A stretch of 64,000 bases of DNA from Octopus sinensis (lineage: Eukaryota): the NCBI RefSeq assembly GCF_006345805.1, contig NC_042999.1, positions 128,402,001 through 128,466,000 of the forward strand, in the 5' to 3' direction. Positions 1 to 11,145 of the stretch are shown here, piece after piece. The notes under the pieces are model-generated. The model saw only the letters and a list, made by a program, of their open reading frames with translations. It ran no database searches and was not told where the DNA came from. Both the position numbers and the translations under genes were made by a program. The first letter of the stretch is position 1; every line of letters begins with the position of its first letter.

Positions 1-309
1 TTGAGACAATTATTTAAGTGGAATATTTTTAACACTTATATGTGTAAACAGAAGCACACACACACATGCAAACACACACACACACTCACACACATATATA
101 CTTACATATACAGTAAGAGTGACAACAAGAGTGATACATAAATATGTAAAGAAATATGACAAATTTTGATAGATTTAGCTGGATACTTATATAGTAACAG
201 CTAAAGAGAAAAATTAAAAAGTGTGCGCGCGCACATGTGTGTACATGTATGAATAATATACTTAAAACTAATATTTTGTAGAGTATAGGTTTTCTGTGTG
301 TGTTCCCTT

Positions 310-760
310 GTCTTCAGCCCTTAACTCCTGATGGAGTCATATGGTTACTGTAGTGACATAATATACACAAGGTTTCTTCATCTGTTGAAGCTATGTATGA
401 GAACTTGAGCATTCACTAACAATTTTTGTGTCCATTCTTTCACATTGTTCATTTTTTCCTCCTTGTGTTTCCTTCATTTCACATCCCCAGTTCCTTGAGG
501 AATTTCTTTTCTTTTTGTATGACCACTGGATCTTGTTATATAACCATACTATCTCGTCTTTGTTTTCTTCCCTATTGTGAAAGCTTCAGTGATAGTAGTG
601 AGTCCAGCATGATGCTGGATAATTTCATAAGCCCATTCATTTGAGATGTCTTCTAAGTACAAGATGCCTAAGCCAGAGCAGCACCAACTCCGTTCCATTG
701 CCAGTGACTTTCTCTAAATCTTTGCCATGTGAGTCCATGTCTCACATGTGTACTCTTCCT
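310..760 (-). mobile_element. Highly degraded RTE-like LINE 3' remnant
   Basis: The minus strand reads through stops and frameshifts as the RTE C-terminal pattern (W/YGH..RSSG...QGT...GRRRG...W..N.KEW-like): gatagtatggttatataacaagatccagtggtcatac...aacaatgtgaaagaatggac. Confidence 0.45.
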
Positions 761-834
761 CTTTCTGCCCTTGTTTTGAAATTGATTATCTGTTTTATAG
801 TTGAGTGATAGATAAAATAAATACCAGTCACATA

Positions 835-1010
835 TTGGTTTCAAACTTTGGTATAAGGCCAGCAATTTAGAAGGAGGGGACCTCAGTGTTCAACTGGTAC
901 TTATTTTATCGACTCAGCAGAATTTGAACTCAGAACACAAAGATAGAAGAAAAGCCACTAGACATTTTGTCCAGTGTGCTAATGATTCTGCCTGCTCACC
1001 GCCTTAATTA
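835..1010 (-). mobile_element. SINE family B, degraded (related copies near 13100-13300, 18250-18440, 31775-31985, 38420-38590)
   Basis: Reverse-complement similarity to the cleaner copy at 47865-48097 (aactggtacttattttatcgac...agaatttgaactcagaac). Confidence 0.6.
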
Positions 1011-1225
1011 CCAGTTATATATTAAGGTTGATGCAATTCCCTTTGCTCTTCTGTGCTAACATTGTTACAGCCTTCTGCTAATACAAGAAATTGATATTTT
1101 TTTACCCTCTGCCAAAGTCCACCTTGTGTTTAATCCTTCTCAGGTGAATGTAAGGTACAGACTTTGTCAGTAAAGTACCAGAAATAGCTTATGCCTCCCT
1201 ACTTTGTGAATCTTTATACACTATT

Positions 1226-1512
1226 CACCTGTGTCGGTGGCACATAAGAAAACACCATCCGAGCGTGGCCGTCTGCCAGCCTCGTCTGGCACCTGTGTCG
1301 GTGGCACATAAAAACACCATCTGAGCGTGGCCGTCTGCCAGCCTCATCTGGCACCTGTGTCGGTGGCACATAAAATCACCCACTACACTCTTGGAAACAC
1401 TGCCAGATCTGACTGGCCTGGTGCAGCCTTCGAGCTTGCCAGACCCCAGTTGAACCGTCCAACCCATGCTAGCATGGAAAGCGGACGTTAAGCGATGATG
1501 ATGATGATGATG
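1226..1512 (+). mobile_element. Solo RTE 3'-UTR module (about 63-nt tandem units, then a (GAT)n tail)
   Basis: Near-identical to the 3' end of the RTE at 47600-47817 (gccagatctgactggcctggtgcagccttcgagcttgccagaccccagttgaaccgtccaacccatgctagcatggaaagcggacgttaa...gatgatgat). Confidence 0.8.
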
Positions 1513-2303
1513 ATTAGTAATATTTTTATTAGCAAAAACTGGACCTTTAGATTGGTTCTGATACATTGCCACTGACAATATGAGTTCATTTTTAAAGACA
1601 TTCAGTAAGTTAGGTAAATAAACAAGAGTCTGTTCAGTTAAAATATAAAGAATGCTTCTCAAGCATGCCTAGAAACATGTTTACAAGAGAGATCCTCTGT
1701 TTGCTGTTTGTTCATTCAACTAAAAAGCAAATATCAGCTAACTTCTCACAAATAACCCGTTTTTTTTAAAAAAGAAACACATCATACAATATTGTCCTTT
1801 ATATGCAATATAAAGGATAGCTATGATTGCAATTTTTAACATTGTAGGTTTTCTAAGGCAGGGTTATCTTGGGGCTAAACCAGGGCAACAACAAAAACTC
1901 CTCAAAATGTATTTTGTAAATGGTGTCTTTTTTCATTCCATTATTAATCATTATGCAATACAAAACATTCTATGAAGAAGCTGAAGAATGAGTTTTGTGA
2001 CATACAAAAGCAACAAAAATTTGTACAACTAATGTTAACCAAAACTATTAAAATGGTAATTGCTTGAATTTAAAAAAGGGATACATACACATCCATGAAA
2101 GGTCATACAGGATTGGTGAAAATGTCTCTTATTTAAATTTTATACATATATTCGTATATACTATTATTTAGAAAATTTTTACGTATATATCTATAAATGT
2201 ATTTATAAGTATATGTGTATGTAGGTATAGTTGTATGTAGCTATTATTTATATGTCACTGTTTGCTTCTCTGTCTATCTCTATCGCTCTCTCTCTCTCTC
2301 TCT

Positions 2304-2342
<39 letters not shown>

Positions 2343-2364
2343 CACACACACATATCACTATTTG

Positions 2365-2399
<35 letters not shown>

Positions 2400-3137
2400 G
2401 TCTAGAGGCCTTGAGACTTGAATAATATTATAAAAAGAACTATGGAGCATTACACAACAATTTACATTCTCAGATAGCTATTTACTTGGAGATATAATTA
2501 TAGATATTTGGTATTAACCACAACCAAGATCAAATGAATAGAAAAATTGTTTGCAACATGAAACAAGTGTGAAATAAGAAAATACACTCAAGGTGAAAAG
2601 AAGCTTAAATAAATAGTAATGGTCATCTAGTTAGAAATTTCAATTCACAATCATGTGATTCTGGATAAAATTTGTGAATGCAACTCAAGAGTTTTGGCTA
2701 ATTTTAATACCAGCTGACTGAATGAAGTCATGTGTGTGTGTGTGTGTACATATGAATGTATGCATATATATGCATGTATGTATATGCGCATATATGTAGT
2801 ATACATGTATATATAATATACTTCTAATATAAGGATAAAATTTTATTAAAAAATGTTATCAGTGGCCAGCATATGAAAAAAATACATTTTAAGGGGAAAA
2901 TTGGGAAAATTATAAATAAGAGCAAAAGTAAAAATTTTCTTTTGCCAATATGCTGAAAAATAGATGTTAAATTGTCTAACCACATAAAATATTTTCACTA
3001 TATTACTACACCAAGTGTTGAAACAAGGAAAGCAAACTAACAGAAATTCATAAAAATTCTAGTCATCCCCAAATTGGTTCTGATATTTGGATTAATCCAA
3101 AAGAATTTTTCCTTCATCAGTGAGAAACGTAAAATTC

Positions 3138-3600
3138 ATCATCATCATCATCGTTTAATGTCCGCTTTCCATGCTAGCATGGGTTGGACGATTTGACTGT
3201 GTCTGGTGAACCAGATGGTTGCACCAGACTCCAATCTGATCTGGCAGAGTTTCTACAGCTGGATGCCCTTCCTATCGCCAACCACTCCGAGAGTGTAGTG
3301 GGTGCTTTTATGTGCCACCGGCACAAGGGCCAGTCAGGTGGTACTGGCAACAGCCACGCTCAAATGGTGCTTTTTATGTGCCATCTGCACAGGAGCCAGT
3401 CCAGCAGCACTGGCAACGACCTTGCTCGAATGATTTTTCACGTGCCACCAGCACAAGTGCCAGTAAGGCGATGCAGATAACAATCATGCTCAAATGGTGT
3501 TTTTTATGTGCCACTAACATGGAGGCCAGCTTGTTGCTCTGGCAATGATCACACTTGTATGGTACACTTAGCACTCCACTAGCATGGATGCCAGTTATCA
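3138..3600 (-). mobile_element. Solo RTE 3'-UTR module (other copies near 16005-16240, 19820-20040, 25175-25345, 26810-27000, 48826-49015, 58655-58850)
   Basis: (CAT)n followed by cgtttaatgtccgctttccatgctagcatgggttggacg...ggatgcccttcct...gtgccaccggcac, which is the reverse complement of the RTE tail. Confidence 0.75.
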
Positions 3601-4154
3601 AATTTGATTAAGCATTTATAATTTTCACTTTAAAAGGTATTTTTCATATGCTGGCGACTGATAAATTAATTCTCATTCACTTCAGGACTGGTTAACCACT
3701 TGCGTGCATTTCTTGACTAGCTAAACATATATCAAGGCTTACTATGGAATTTCTTCTTGGCTATATTTAGGGTACTTAAATGTATTATGACTTTGCATCT
3801 GCTTTTCTGTGGGTATGAAGCAAAAATCCTTTTGGATTAATCCAAAAATTGGAACCAATTCGGAGATAACAAAAAATTTATGAATTTCGGCTAGCTTGCT
3901 TTCCTCATTTCAACACATGGTAAGAATATAGTAAGAATATTTTATGTGGTTAGACAATTTAGTGTCTATTTTTCAGCATATTGTCTAAGAAATTTTTTTC
4001 TTTTGCTCTTATTCATAATTGTTTGTAATATATAATATATCTGTGTGTGTGTGTAGTATATATGTACATGTGTGTGTGCATGTATATATTTATATGTGTG
4101 AATGTGTATATATGTGTTTGTGTTCATACATACATGCATGTGTATATGCATACA

Positions 4155-4191
<37 letters not shown>

Positions 4192-4231
4192 GCATACATA
4201 CATATATATATATGTGTATATGTATGTATAT

Positions 4232-4405
4232 GGAGGCGCAGGAGTGGCTGTGTGGTAAGTAGCTTGATTACCAACCACATGGTTCCGGGTTCAGTCCCAC
4301 TGCTTGACATCTTGGGCAAGTGTCTTCTGCTGTAGCCTCGGGCCAACCAAAGCCGTGTGAGTGGATTTGGTAGACGGAAACTGAAAGAAGCCTGTCGTAT
4401 ATATG

Positions 4406-4438
<33 letters not shown>

Positions 4439-4623
4439 ATATGTTTGTGTGTCTCTGTTTGTCCCCCCCAGCATTGCTTGACAACCGATGCTGGTGTGTT
4501 TATGTCCCCGTCATTTAGCGGTTCGGCAAAAGAGACCGATAGAATAAGTACTGGGCTTACAAAGAATATGTCCCGGGGTCGATTTGCTCGACTAAAGGCA
4601 GTGCTCCAGCATGGCCACAGTCA
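4232..4623 (+). mobile_element. tRNA-derived SINE family A (head, central microsatellite, tail)
   Basis: A-box-like gtggctgtgtggtaag and B-box-like gggttcagtccc, a central (TA/TG)n, and a conserved tail. Many dispersed partial copies (5936-6160, 7080-7225, 9424-9590, 20368-20550, 21105-21245, 34005-34235, 62790-62990, 63580-63745). Confidence 0.85.
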
Positions 4624-4667
4624 TGTATATATACATGTGTGTGTGTGTGTGTGTAAAGATATATATA

Positions 4668-4703
<36 letters not shown>

Positions 4704-5653
4704 TGTATGTATGTATTTATGTGTGTATGTATGTATGTATGTATGTATGTATGTATGTATGTATGTATGTATGTATTCATGCAAGCAGAAAGAAAGCAAA
4801 GACTGAAAATTTTCAGAAAATGAATATCCAAGTATAAATATGCAGATAATTATATACCAAAAGATCAACCTTACACAGGGTACAAACGGCAGAGAAAATT
4901 AAAGGGGAGGAAGTAAGGTGTTATAAGTTCAACAGGTGTTTCTGGTGGCCCAGAGATCCATCATTGACTACATATCTGCTTTGCTGAGGAGGTCAGTAAG
5001 ATCAAACCATGACTGATGCTTTCACTAGTTTGCTTTAAATTCAAGATCCACCCTCATTGACATCATTTTTTATTAAAAATAACATTGGAATGGCTGATCT
5101 TAATGGAGATTACTTTTTACTCAGGGAGATTTTGTCTTATAATTGCATTAATAATATCAGTTAAATTAAGTTTTTCATTTTATTCTATTATATATATATA
5201 TATATATATATATAACTTTAGGGTGTGTACTAATACATCTTATTCATCACCTTTCTCCTTCTCTCTAACTCTCTTTATCCTTCACTATCTCCCTCTCTCC
5301 CCTTCTCTCTTTCTCTTTCCTTTTCCTCTCCTTTTCCAACTGGAGTAGTCACATAGCTTCTCCACTACAAGACATGTGTTTCTATCCTCTCTCATATTTT
5401 AATCTTTCATCACATGACACAAAGCCACCTCCCTCAATATTACTCTCCACCTCTGTTTGGAAGTCTTATCTTACAAGCTACTTGGTAACCTCACTGCTGC
5501 TAGTGCCATCTAAAATGCACCCAGTACACTCTGTAAAGTGGTTAGTGTTAGGAAGATGGATCCAGTCACAGAAACGATGCCAAAGCAGACATTGAAGCTT
5601 GATGATTTTTTGGCTCACTAGCTCCTGATAAATCGTCTAACTCATGCCAGTAA

Positions 5654-5860
5654 GTATGAGGAGGTGCTGAAAAGTTCCTGGCTTTGCGTAAAAGAAGATA
5701 CAGGAGGATCAGTTAATTATGACTTTATTCAATGTATTCTCCTCTCAGATTCGCACACATATTGCAGCAGTCCTTTGGCTTTCCTAAGACCTGTAAAAGA
5801 ATTCAGAAGGTTTAGCCTCCAGCCAGGTCTTTTGCAATATCCTTAAAGCACCTCTTGTAA
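5654..5860 (+). mobile_element. Mariner-type transposon/MITE end fragment
   Basis: Begins tatgaggaggtgctgaaaagttcctggc, resembling mariner terminal repeats (TA-CGAGG..). No partner TIR was found. Confidence 0.45.
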
Positions 5861-6172
5861 GGCAGGCATTAAATGGCAATAACAACAACGATGAGGATGA
5901 TGAACACTCCTTTGAAATATTTTCCCTCAGATATTCTTTTATTCTTTTACTTGTTTCAGTCATTTGACTGTGACCATGCTGGGGCACCACCTTTAAGGGT
6001 TTTAGTTGAACAAATCATCCCTAGGACTGATTTCTTAAGCCTAATACTTATTTTATCAGTACCTTTTGTTGAACCACTAAGTTACAGAGATGTAAACACA
6101 CCAACACCAGTTGTCAAACGTTGTTGGGGCACAAACACTGACACAAAGACACACACATAAATATATACATAT

Positions 6173-7069
6173 ACAGGGTGTGGCAAAATGATTTGACACA
6201 TTTGTGGGTTTAATAAAAGCAAAAGAGAGTAAAAATCAAAACATGTGTTTTTATTTTCAAAATGTACATATAATGCCATTTTGTGTAATTTGGTTTTAAA
6301 ATTAAATCATTCAAGTGGGTGCTGTTACTGTCCATACACTGTCGAAGGCGTTCATGAAAGTTGTCCATAACTTGATGGGTCACTTCATATGGAATGGCAG
6401 CAATTTCTTGGTAAATGGCATCTTTTAATTGTTCAATAGATGGAGGACAATGAGTGTATACTTCTGATTTCATGTATCCCCACATAAAAAACCACATGGG
6501 TTCAAATCAGGTGATGGAGGGGGAGCTAACCACTGTCACTATGCAATGAGATCAAATGATCAGGAAACATCTCTCTCAAAATCCCTTTCGCACATCGAGA
6601 AGTGTGGGCTGTTGCCCCATCCTGTTGAAGCCAAACATTGTCCCTATCATCATATTCATTCAATTTGGGCTTCAGAAAAGTCTCTAGCATCACACTATAT
6701 TGATCAGAGTTCAAAGTCACTATAACATTGTCTTCTCTGAAGAAGTATGGACCCCAAATGGAGAATTCTGCTATCATAGAATTTCATGTGGATACAGGAT
6801 CATGTCTACCTAGCACATGGAACACTCTTCATATTGCAGTTATGGATTCGTTGTTCTTGATAAACATTTCCACAATGAAAGCGTGATACTTGCCCGTCCA
6901 ATACATGTTGGCAACTAAAAGCAAAATGAAACAAAATGTCACAAATTGCACTTATTGAAACAAAATGGCATTTTATGTACATTTCAAATATAAAAACACA
7001 TTTTTCGTTCTTTACTCTGTTTCACTTTTATTAAACCTACAAATGTGTTGCATCATTTTGTTGCACCCT
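6173..7069 (-). mobile_element. Internally deleted Tc1/mariner element (DUF4817-type family) with long TIRs
   Basis: Roughly 115-bp diverged TIRs (cagggtgtggcaaaatga.../...tcattttgttgcacccta). Transposase fragments WGPYFF...VWLQQDGATAHTS (6526-6777) and FFMWGYMKSEVY...IEQLKDAI (6210-6497). Confidence 0.8.
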
Positions 7070-7475
7070 ACAACAGGATTCTTTCACTTTCCATCTAGCA
7101 AATCCACTCACAAGGCTTTGGTCGGTCCAAGTTTATAGTAGAAGATACTTTCGCAAGTAGTCACAAAGTGGGATTGAACCCAGAACCATGCAGTTGGGAA
7201 ACAAGCTTCTTACCACACAGCCATACATGTAGGTTATTGATTTATAAGTCTTATATGCAGTAACTTATAAACTTTATTTAGTTTAATCTAACTTCTGAAA
7301 ACCAGAAGGTACTAACTGTAGGATGATTAAATGCTCAGCATTGATCAAACTAAAATTTAATGAAGGAAGCAGTTAAATGGTTCATTGTTGAGATTTTATC
7401 TTTTAATCAATACAAAGACAATTTCAGTTCTCTCTAGTTGTAAAAGCAATGTCCTCAATAAGAAAACCACATTGG

Positions 7476-7604
7476 TTAAAGAAACATTGTGAGAGGTAGA
7501 ACAAAAGTAAATGCATTTATTCCCTGAAGGAGATATTTGTTACTCATCAATATAGACCTATTTTTTATCATCTGTTTTACATGAAGTCTTCTTTCTGGTT
7601 TACC
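7476..7604 (-). other. Candidate terminal coding exon of an unidentified minus-strand gene
   Basis: Long T-rich tract ending ttttgtttgcAG at 7605-7606. The phase-0 frame reads GKPERRLHVKQMIKNRSILMSNKYLLQGINAFTFVLPLTMFL*. No homology recognised. Confidence 0.2.
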
Positions 7605-7992
7605 CTGCAAACAAAAGGTAATAAAGAAACAATAAAAAAACATAAAAATATAAAAATATAAAAAAATAAAAGAATATTTCCTCTCTTTGCTTGTCCCATT
7701 AACTACAGAACATTGACCAGCTAGTGAAAGCAGCTAGCAACAAAGAAATTATGACAATTATTAGACCATAACCATTAACATATACTTGCCGACACTTGCA
7801 TGCAATGTCATACAACACAAACAATACCTTAGTACTTGAATTACACTTGTAAACAGTGATATTGGTAATGTTTGTGCTATTTATTTATGTCTTTATTTAT
7901 TTAATTTACTTGTGAATGTGCTGGTGATTTCATTAAATCAGGTAAATCAGGAGAGTTGAATTTAGAGTAGAGGAAAAATATTTCAGGACTAA

Positions 7993-9075
7993 TTACTTTA
8001 TCAGTCTCATCACATTGACAATTATAATGATGAAGATCACTAACAGCATCATCATCATGATCACTAACACCATCATGTTGTTTGTAGCCATCATAGTGGT
8101 TGATGTTGGCATTATTGGAATTGACATTGTCATCCTCATCATCATCATCATCATCCCCGCTAACATTATCATCAGTGGTACTTCTCTCATGTGCTGGATC
8201 ATCATCACCATCATTGTCTTTGCTTTTGTCTTTATCATCATTATTGTCATCACTGTCATCATTCTCATCATCATTGTCATTTTCATCAACATGATCATCA
8301 TCATCATCGTCATAATCATCATTATCCTCCTCGTTCTCCTCCTCCTCCCCATCATCATCATCGTAGTCATCATCATTATAATTATCATCATCATCAGTGT
8401 TGTTGTTATTGTTGTCTTTGTTGTGGTCATCAGCGTCTTTGTTATTGTCATCGTCATCTTTGTTGTTGTCATCATCAATGTGGTTATTGTCATCATTGTT
8501 GTCACCGTCATCATAGTTGATGTCATTGTTGTTATTGTTGTTGTCATTGTCATTATCATTGTCATCTTTGTTGCTGCCATTGATGTCATTGTTGTTGTCA
8601 TCGTCATCTTTGTTGTCATCATCATCTTTGTTGTTGTCATTGTTGTCTTTGTTGATGTCATCGTCATCCTTGTTATTGTCATCGTTGTTGTTGTTATTGT
8701 CGGTGTTGTTATTGCCATCATCGTCATTGTTGTCATCATCATTGTCGTTGTCATCATCATCATTGTTGTTGTTATCTTTGTCATTGTTGTCATCATCATC
8801 TTTGTTGTTGTCATTGTCATCTTTGTTATTGTTGTTGTCATTGTTATTGCCATCCTCATCATTGTTGTTGTCACTATTGTCAATGTTGTCATCATTGCAA
8901 TTGTTGTTGTCATCGTCATAAGTGTTATTGTCATCATCATTGATGTTGCCATTATCATTGTTGTTGTTGTCATCATCATTGCTTTTGTTTTCATTGTCAT
9001 CATTGTAGTTGTCATTGCCTTTGACATTGTTCTAATCATCATTGCCATCATCATCATCATCATCATCTTCATCAT
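7993..9075. repeat. 1.1 kb cryptic trinucleotide repeat (ATC/GTC/GTT/ATT mosaic)
   Basis: Strict 3-nt periodicity of RTY triplets, which generates the poly-I/V and poly-M/T ORFs in the track. Confidence 0.95.
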
Positions 9076-9772
9076 AAGTATTTTAGTGTAATGATTTTTT
9101 TTTCTCTCAGCCTAGATAAGCTTTTCTATTTGTGGCTTGTTTCTCTGACATCTCTTTGTATATTCAAAATTCTCAGATTTCATTTCAGTACACATGGATA
9201 GCTTTCACAACCTATTCTCAGAACTTCTACTCTTGCCCAATAATGTACAGTTCCAATTTGTTTCACTACAGCACTCTCCATTCAATATCATACATGGTCC
9301 TTATGTCTCATATAGTTTTTTATGGACAGGCAGAAACCTCTCACTCCTTGCAGAAGCAACTGTTCTCTATTCTTCCATTCTGTTCTTGACATAACCATTT
9401 AGTTTTCAACAGATTTCCTGCCAACTGGCACGGCTGGGTGGTTAAGAAGCTCACTTTTCAACCAAGTAGTTTCAGGTTCAGTCCCACTGCATGGCACTTT
9501 GAATAAGTGTCTTCTACTTTAGCCCCAATTTGACCAATACTTTGAAAGTGAGTTTGGTTGAAGGAAACTGTGAGGAAGCCCCATCATTATGTGTGTGTGT
9601 GTTGCATGTGTATGTGTCTGTGTCTCTGCATATGTGTGTGTATGTAAGTGAGTATATGTGTATATGCATGTATCCTGGATAGTCTGTTGAACTACTTGAT
9701 GTGTGAGAAAAGGTTTAATACATGTATATCTTTTCATAAGCAGAGCCATATAATCTCTCTCCTTGCCCTCAC

Positions 9773-9844
9773 CTGGATTATCTTCAGCAACAAAGAAATA
9801 CTGTTTGACTTTACAAAATTCTCCCATTTAAATTTTTCATGTAA
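9773..9844 (-). other. Candidate 72-nt symmetric (phase 0-0) exon
   Basis: Minus-strand ...tatctatcacAG acceptor and ccag|GTGAGG donor. Open frame LHEKFKWENFVKSNSISLLLKIIQ, in phase with the 7604 acceptor. Confidence 0.22.
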
Positions 9845-9892
9845 CTGTGATAGATATAAAACTTCCACCTTTTCATTTAGTATTCAAGGAGG

Positions 9893-10294
9893 TTAACTTT
9901 CACACAACTTCCATATGAATAGGTCACAGTATTTCATTGTGTAAAAATTGCTATGGTTATTGTTGTTGCTGTTGTTGTTATTAATACTGCTGTCTTGAAG
10001 TTTAACTTGTGTATTTAGGTCATGTTCTATTAATTGTTCACTGAAGTGTTTGTTTTCTTCTTCCTTTTGTACATTTAGTTGTCTGTTTTGATTCTGTATT
10101 GTGTTGTTTTTTTCTGCCTCAGTTGTATGTAGTTTTGTTGCATAATTATACGTTGTAGCCATTTTTGGTGACAAAATGTAATGCGTACAAAAAAATCTTT
10201 TAAATTTGTGAAACAAATCTTGCTTTTTACTGTCGTCTACTTCTCCCAGGCACTGAAGGCAGCTCTTCCTTAAGCAGGTACACCAATGAAACAT
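9893..10294 (-). CDS. Hypothetical 133-aa ORF (Cys-rich N-terminus, N/Q/E-rich disordered body)
   Basis: Longest ORF in non-TE, largely non-microsatellite sequence. ATG start with an in-frame stop immediately upstream. No family recognised. Confidence 0.3.
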   Translation of the reverse strand: MFHWCTCLRKSCLQCLGEVDDSKKQDLFHKFKRFFCTHYILSPKMATTYNYATKLHTTEAEKNNTIQNQNRQLNVQKEEENKHFSEQLIEHDLNTQVKLQDSSINNNNSNNNNHSNFYTMKYCDLFIWKLCES

Positions 10295-10922
10295 TTAGTT
10301 AGTGAAGCTTGACTGGATCATGTTTTGAAGAGAGAATCAGATACACCTTTGCACGTGACAATGATGATGATGAGAAAGATGATTAAGAGGAGCACAACAG
10401 TGATGGAGGTGGTAGCAAGAGTGGTAGTGGCTTGTATAGTTTCTTTCACCTCCCACTACTGATTGCATGTAATAAAATATATCAAACAGTTACTTTGTAT
10501 AAATTTACTGCTTTTACATTTGTCTGTACTTTTTGCCTATAGCATTACCAACATTGTAAGACTAATTGTATATAGAATTTAAATAAATCAGTCCGTGGAC
10601 CATTTTACAATTTAATGGCATTGAATTTACAAAATAATTTAAAGCAAAAACAATGGCAAAATAGAAATATTGTGAAGAAAGTTTGAATTGAAAAAAAATA
10701 TGAAGAGAAAAATCATATTCCATCCATTCCTTTTTTTAGATTTTACAGAATGATTGAGAAGAATCAATGTGCCATTTGTCTGCTTTACAGACTTCTGGAA
10801 CAAAAAGTCAACCACTCATATTATTGTTGCTGCTACTTCGCTCCAAAACAGGATAAATTGCTTTAGTTCCATCCTGAAATTGTGTACTATGGAGTAAATA
10901 TAACTCATTCATCTAAACTCAA

Positions 10923-11145
10923 GGTGGTATATGGTTTAGTGATTAGAGTGTTGGACTCATGGTTGTAAGGTTGTAGTTTCAATTGCTGGAGTGGGCAACT
11001 CATTGTGTTCTTGAGCAAAACACTTCATTTCACATAGTTCCAGTCCACCCAGCAAGTAAAAATGAGTAATTTCGCAATGGACCAGTGTCCCATCTAGGGA
11101 GGAATATATGCCAGAAAAATCTGGGAAACTGACCCTATTCTCCTT
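10923..11145 (+). mobile_element. tRNA-derived SINE family D (related pieces near 35595-35700, 55840-55920, 60440-60590, 61310-61600)
   Basis: A/B-box-like head (tggtttagtgattagagtgttggactcatggttgtaaggttgtagtttcaatt) followed by ttgagcaaaacacttcatttcac...ccagtccacccagc. Confidence 0.6.

Noticed and set aside
1071-1143. + strand exon-like segment with branch point, acceptor and donor
   Set aside because: One frame is open, but there is no linkable partner exon or recognisable peptide, so it is insufficient to call.
4232-4310. tRNA-like sequence with A/B boxes
   Set aside because: It has no complete cloverleaf and continues into a SINE body in many decayed copies, so it is a SINE head rather than a tRNA gene.
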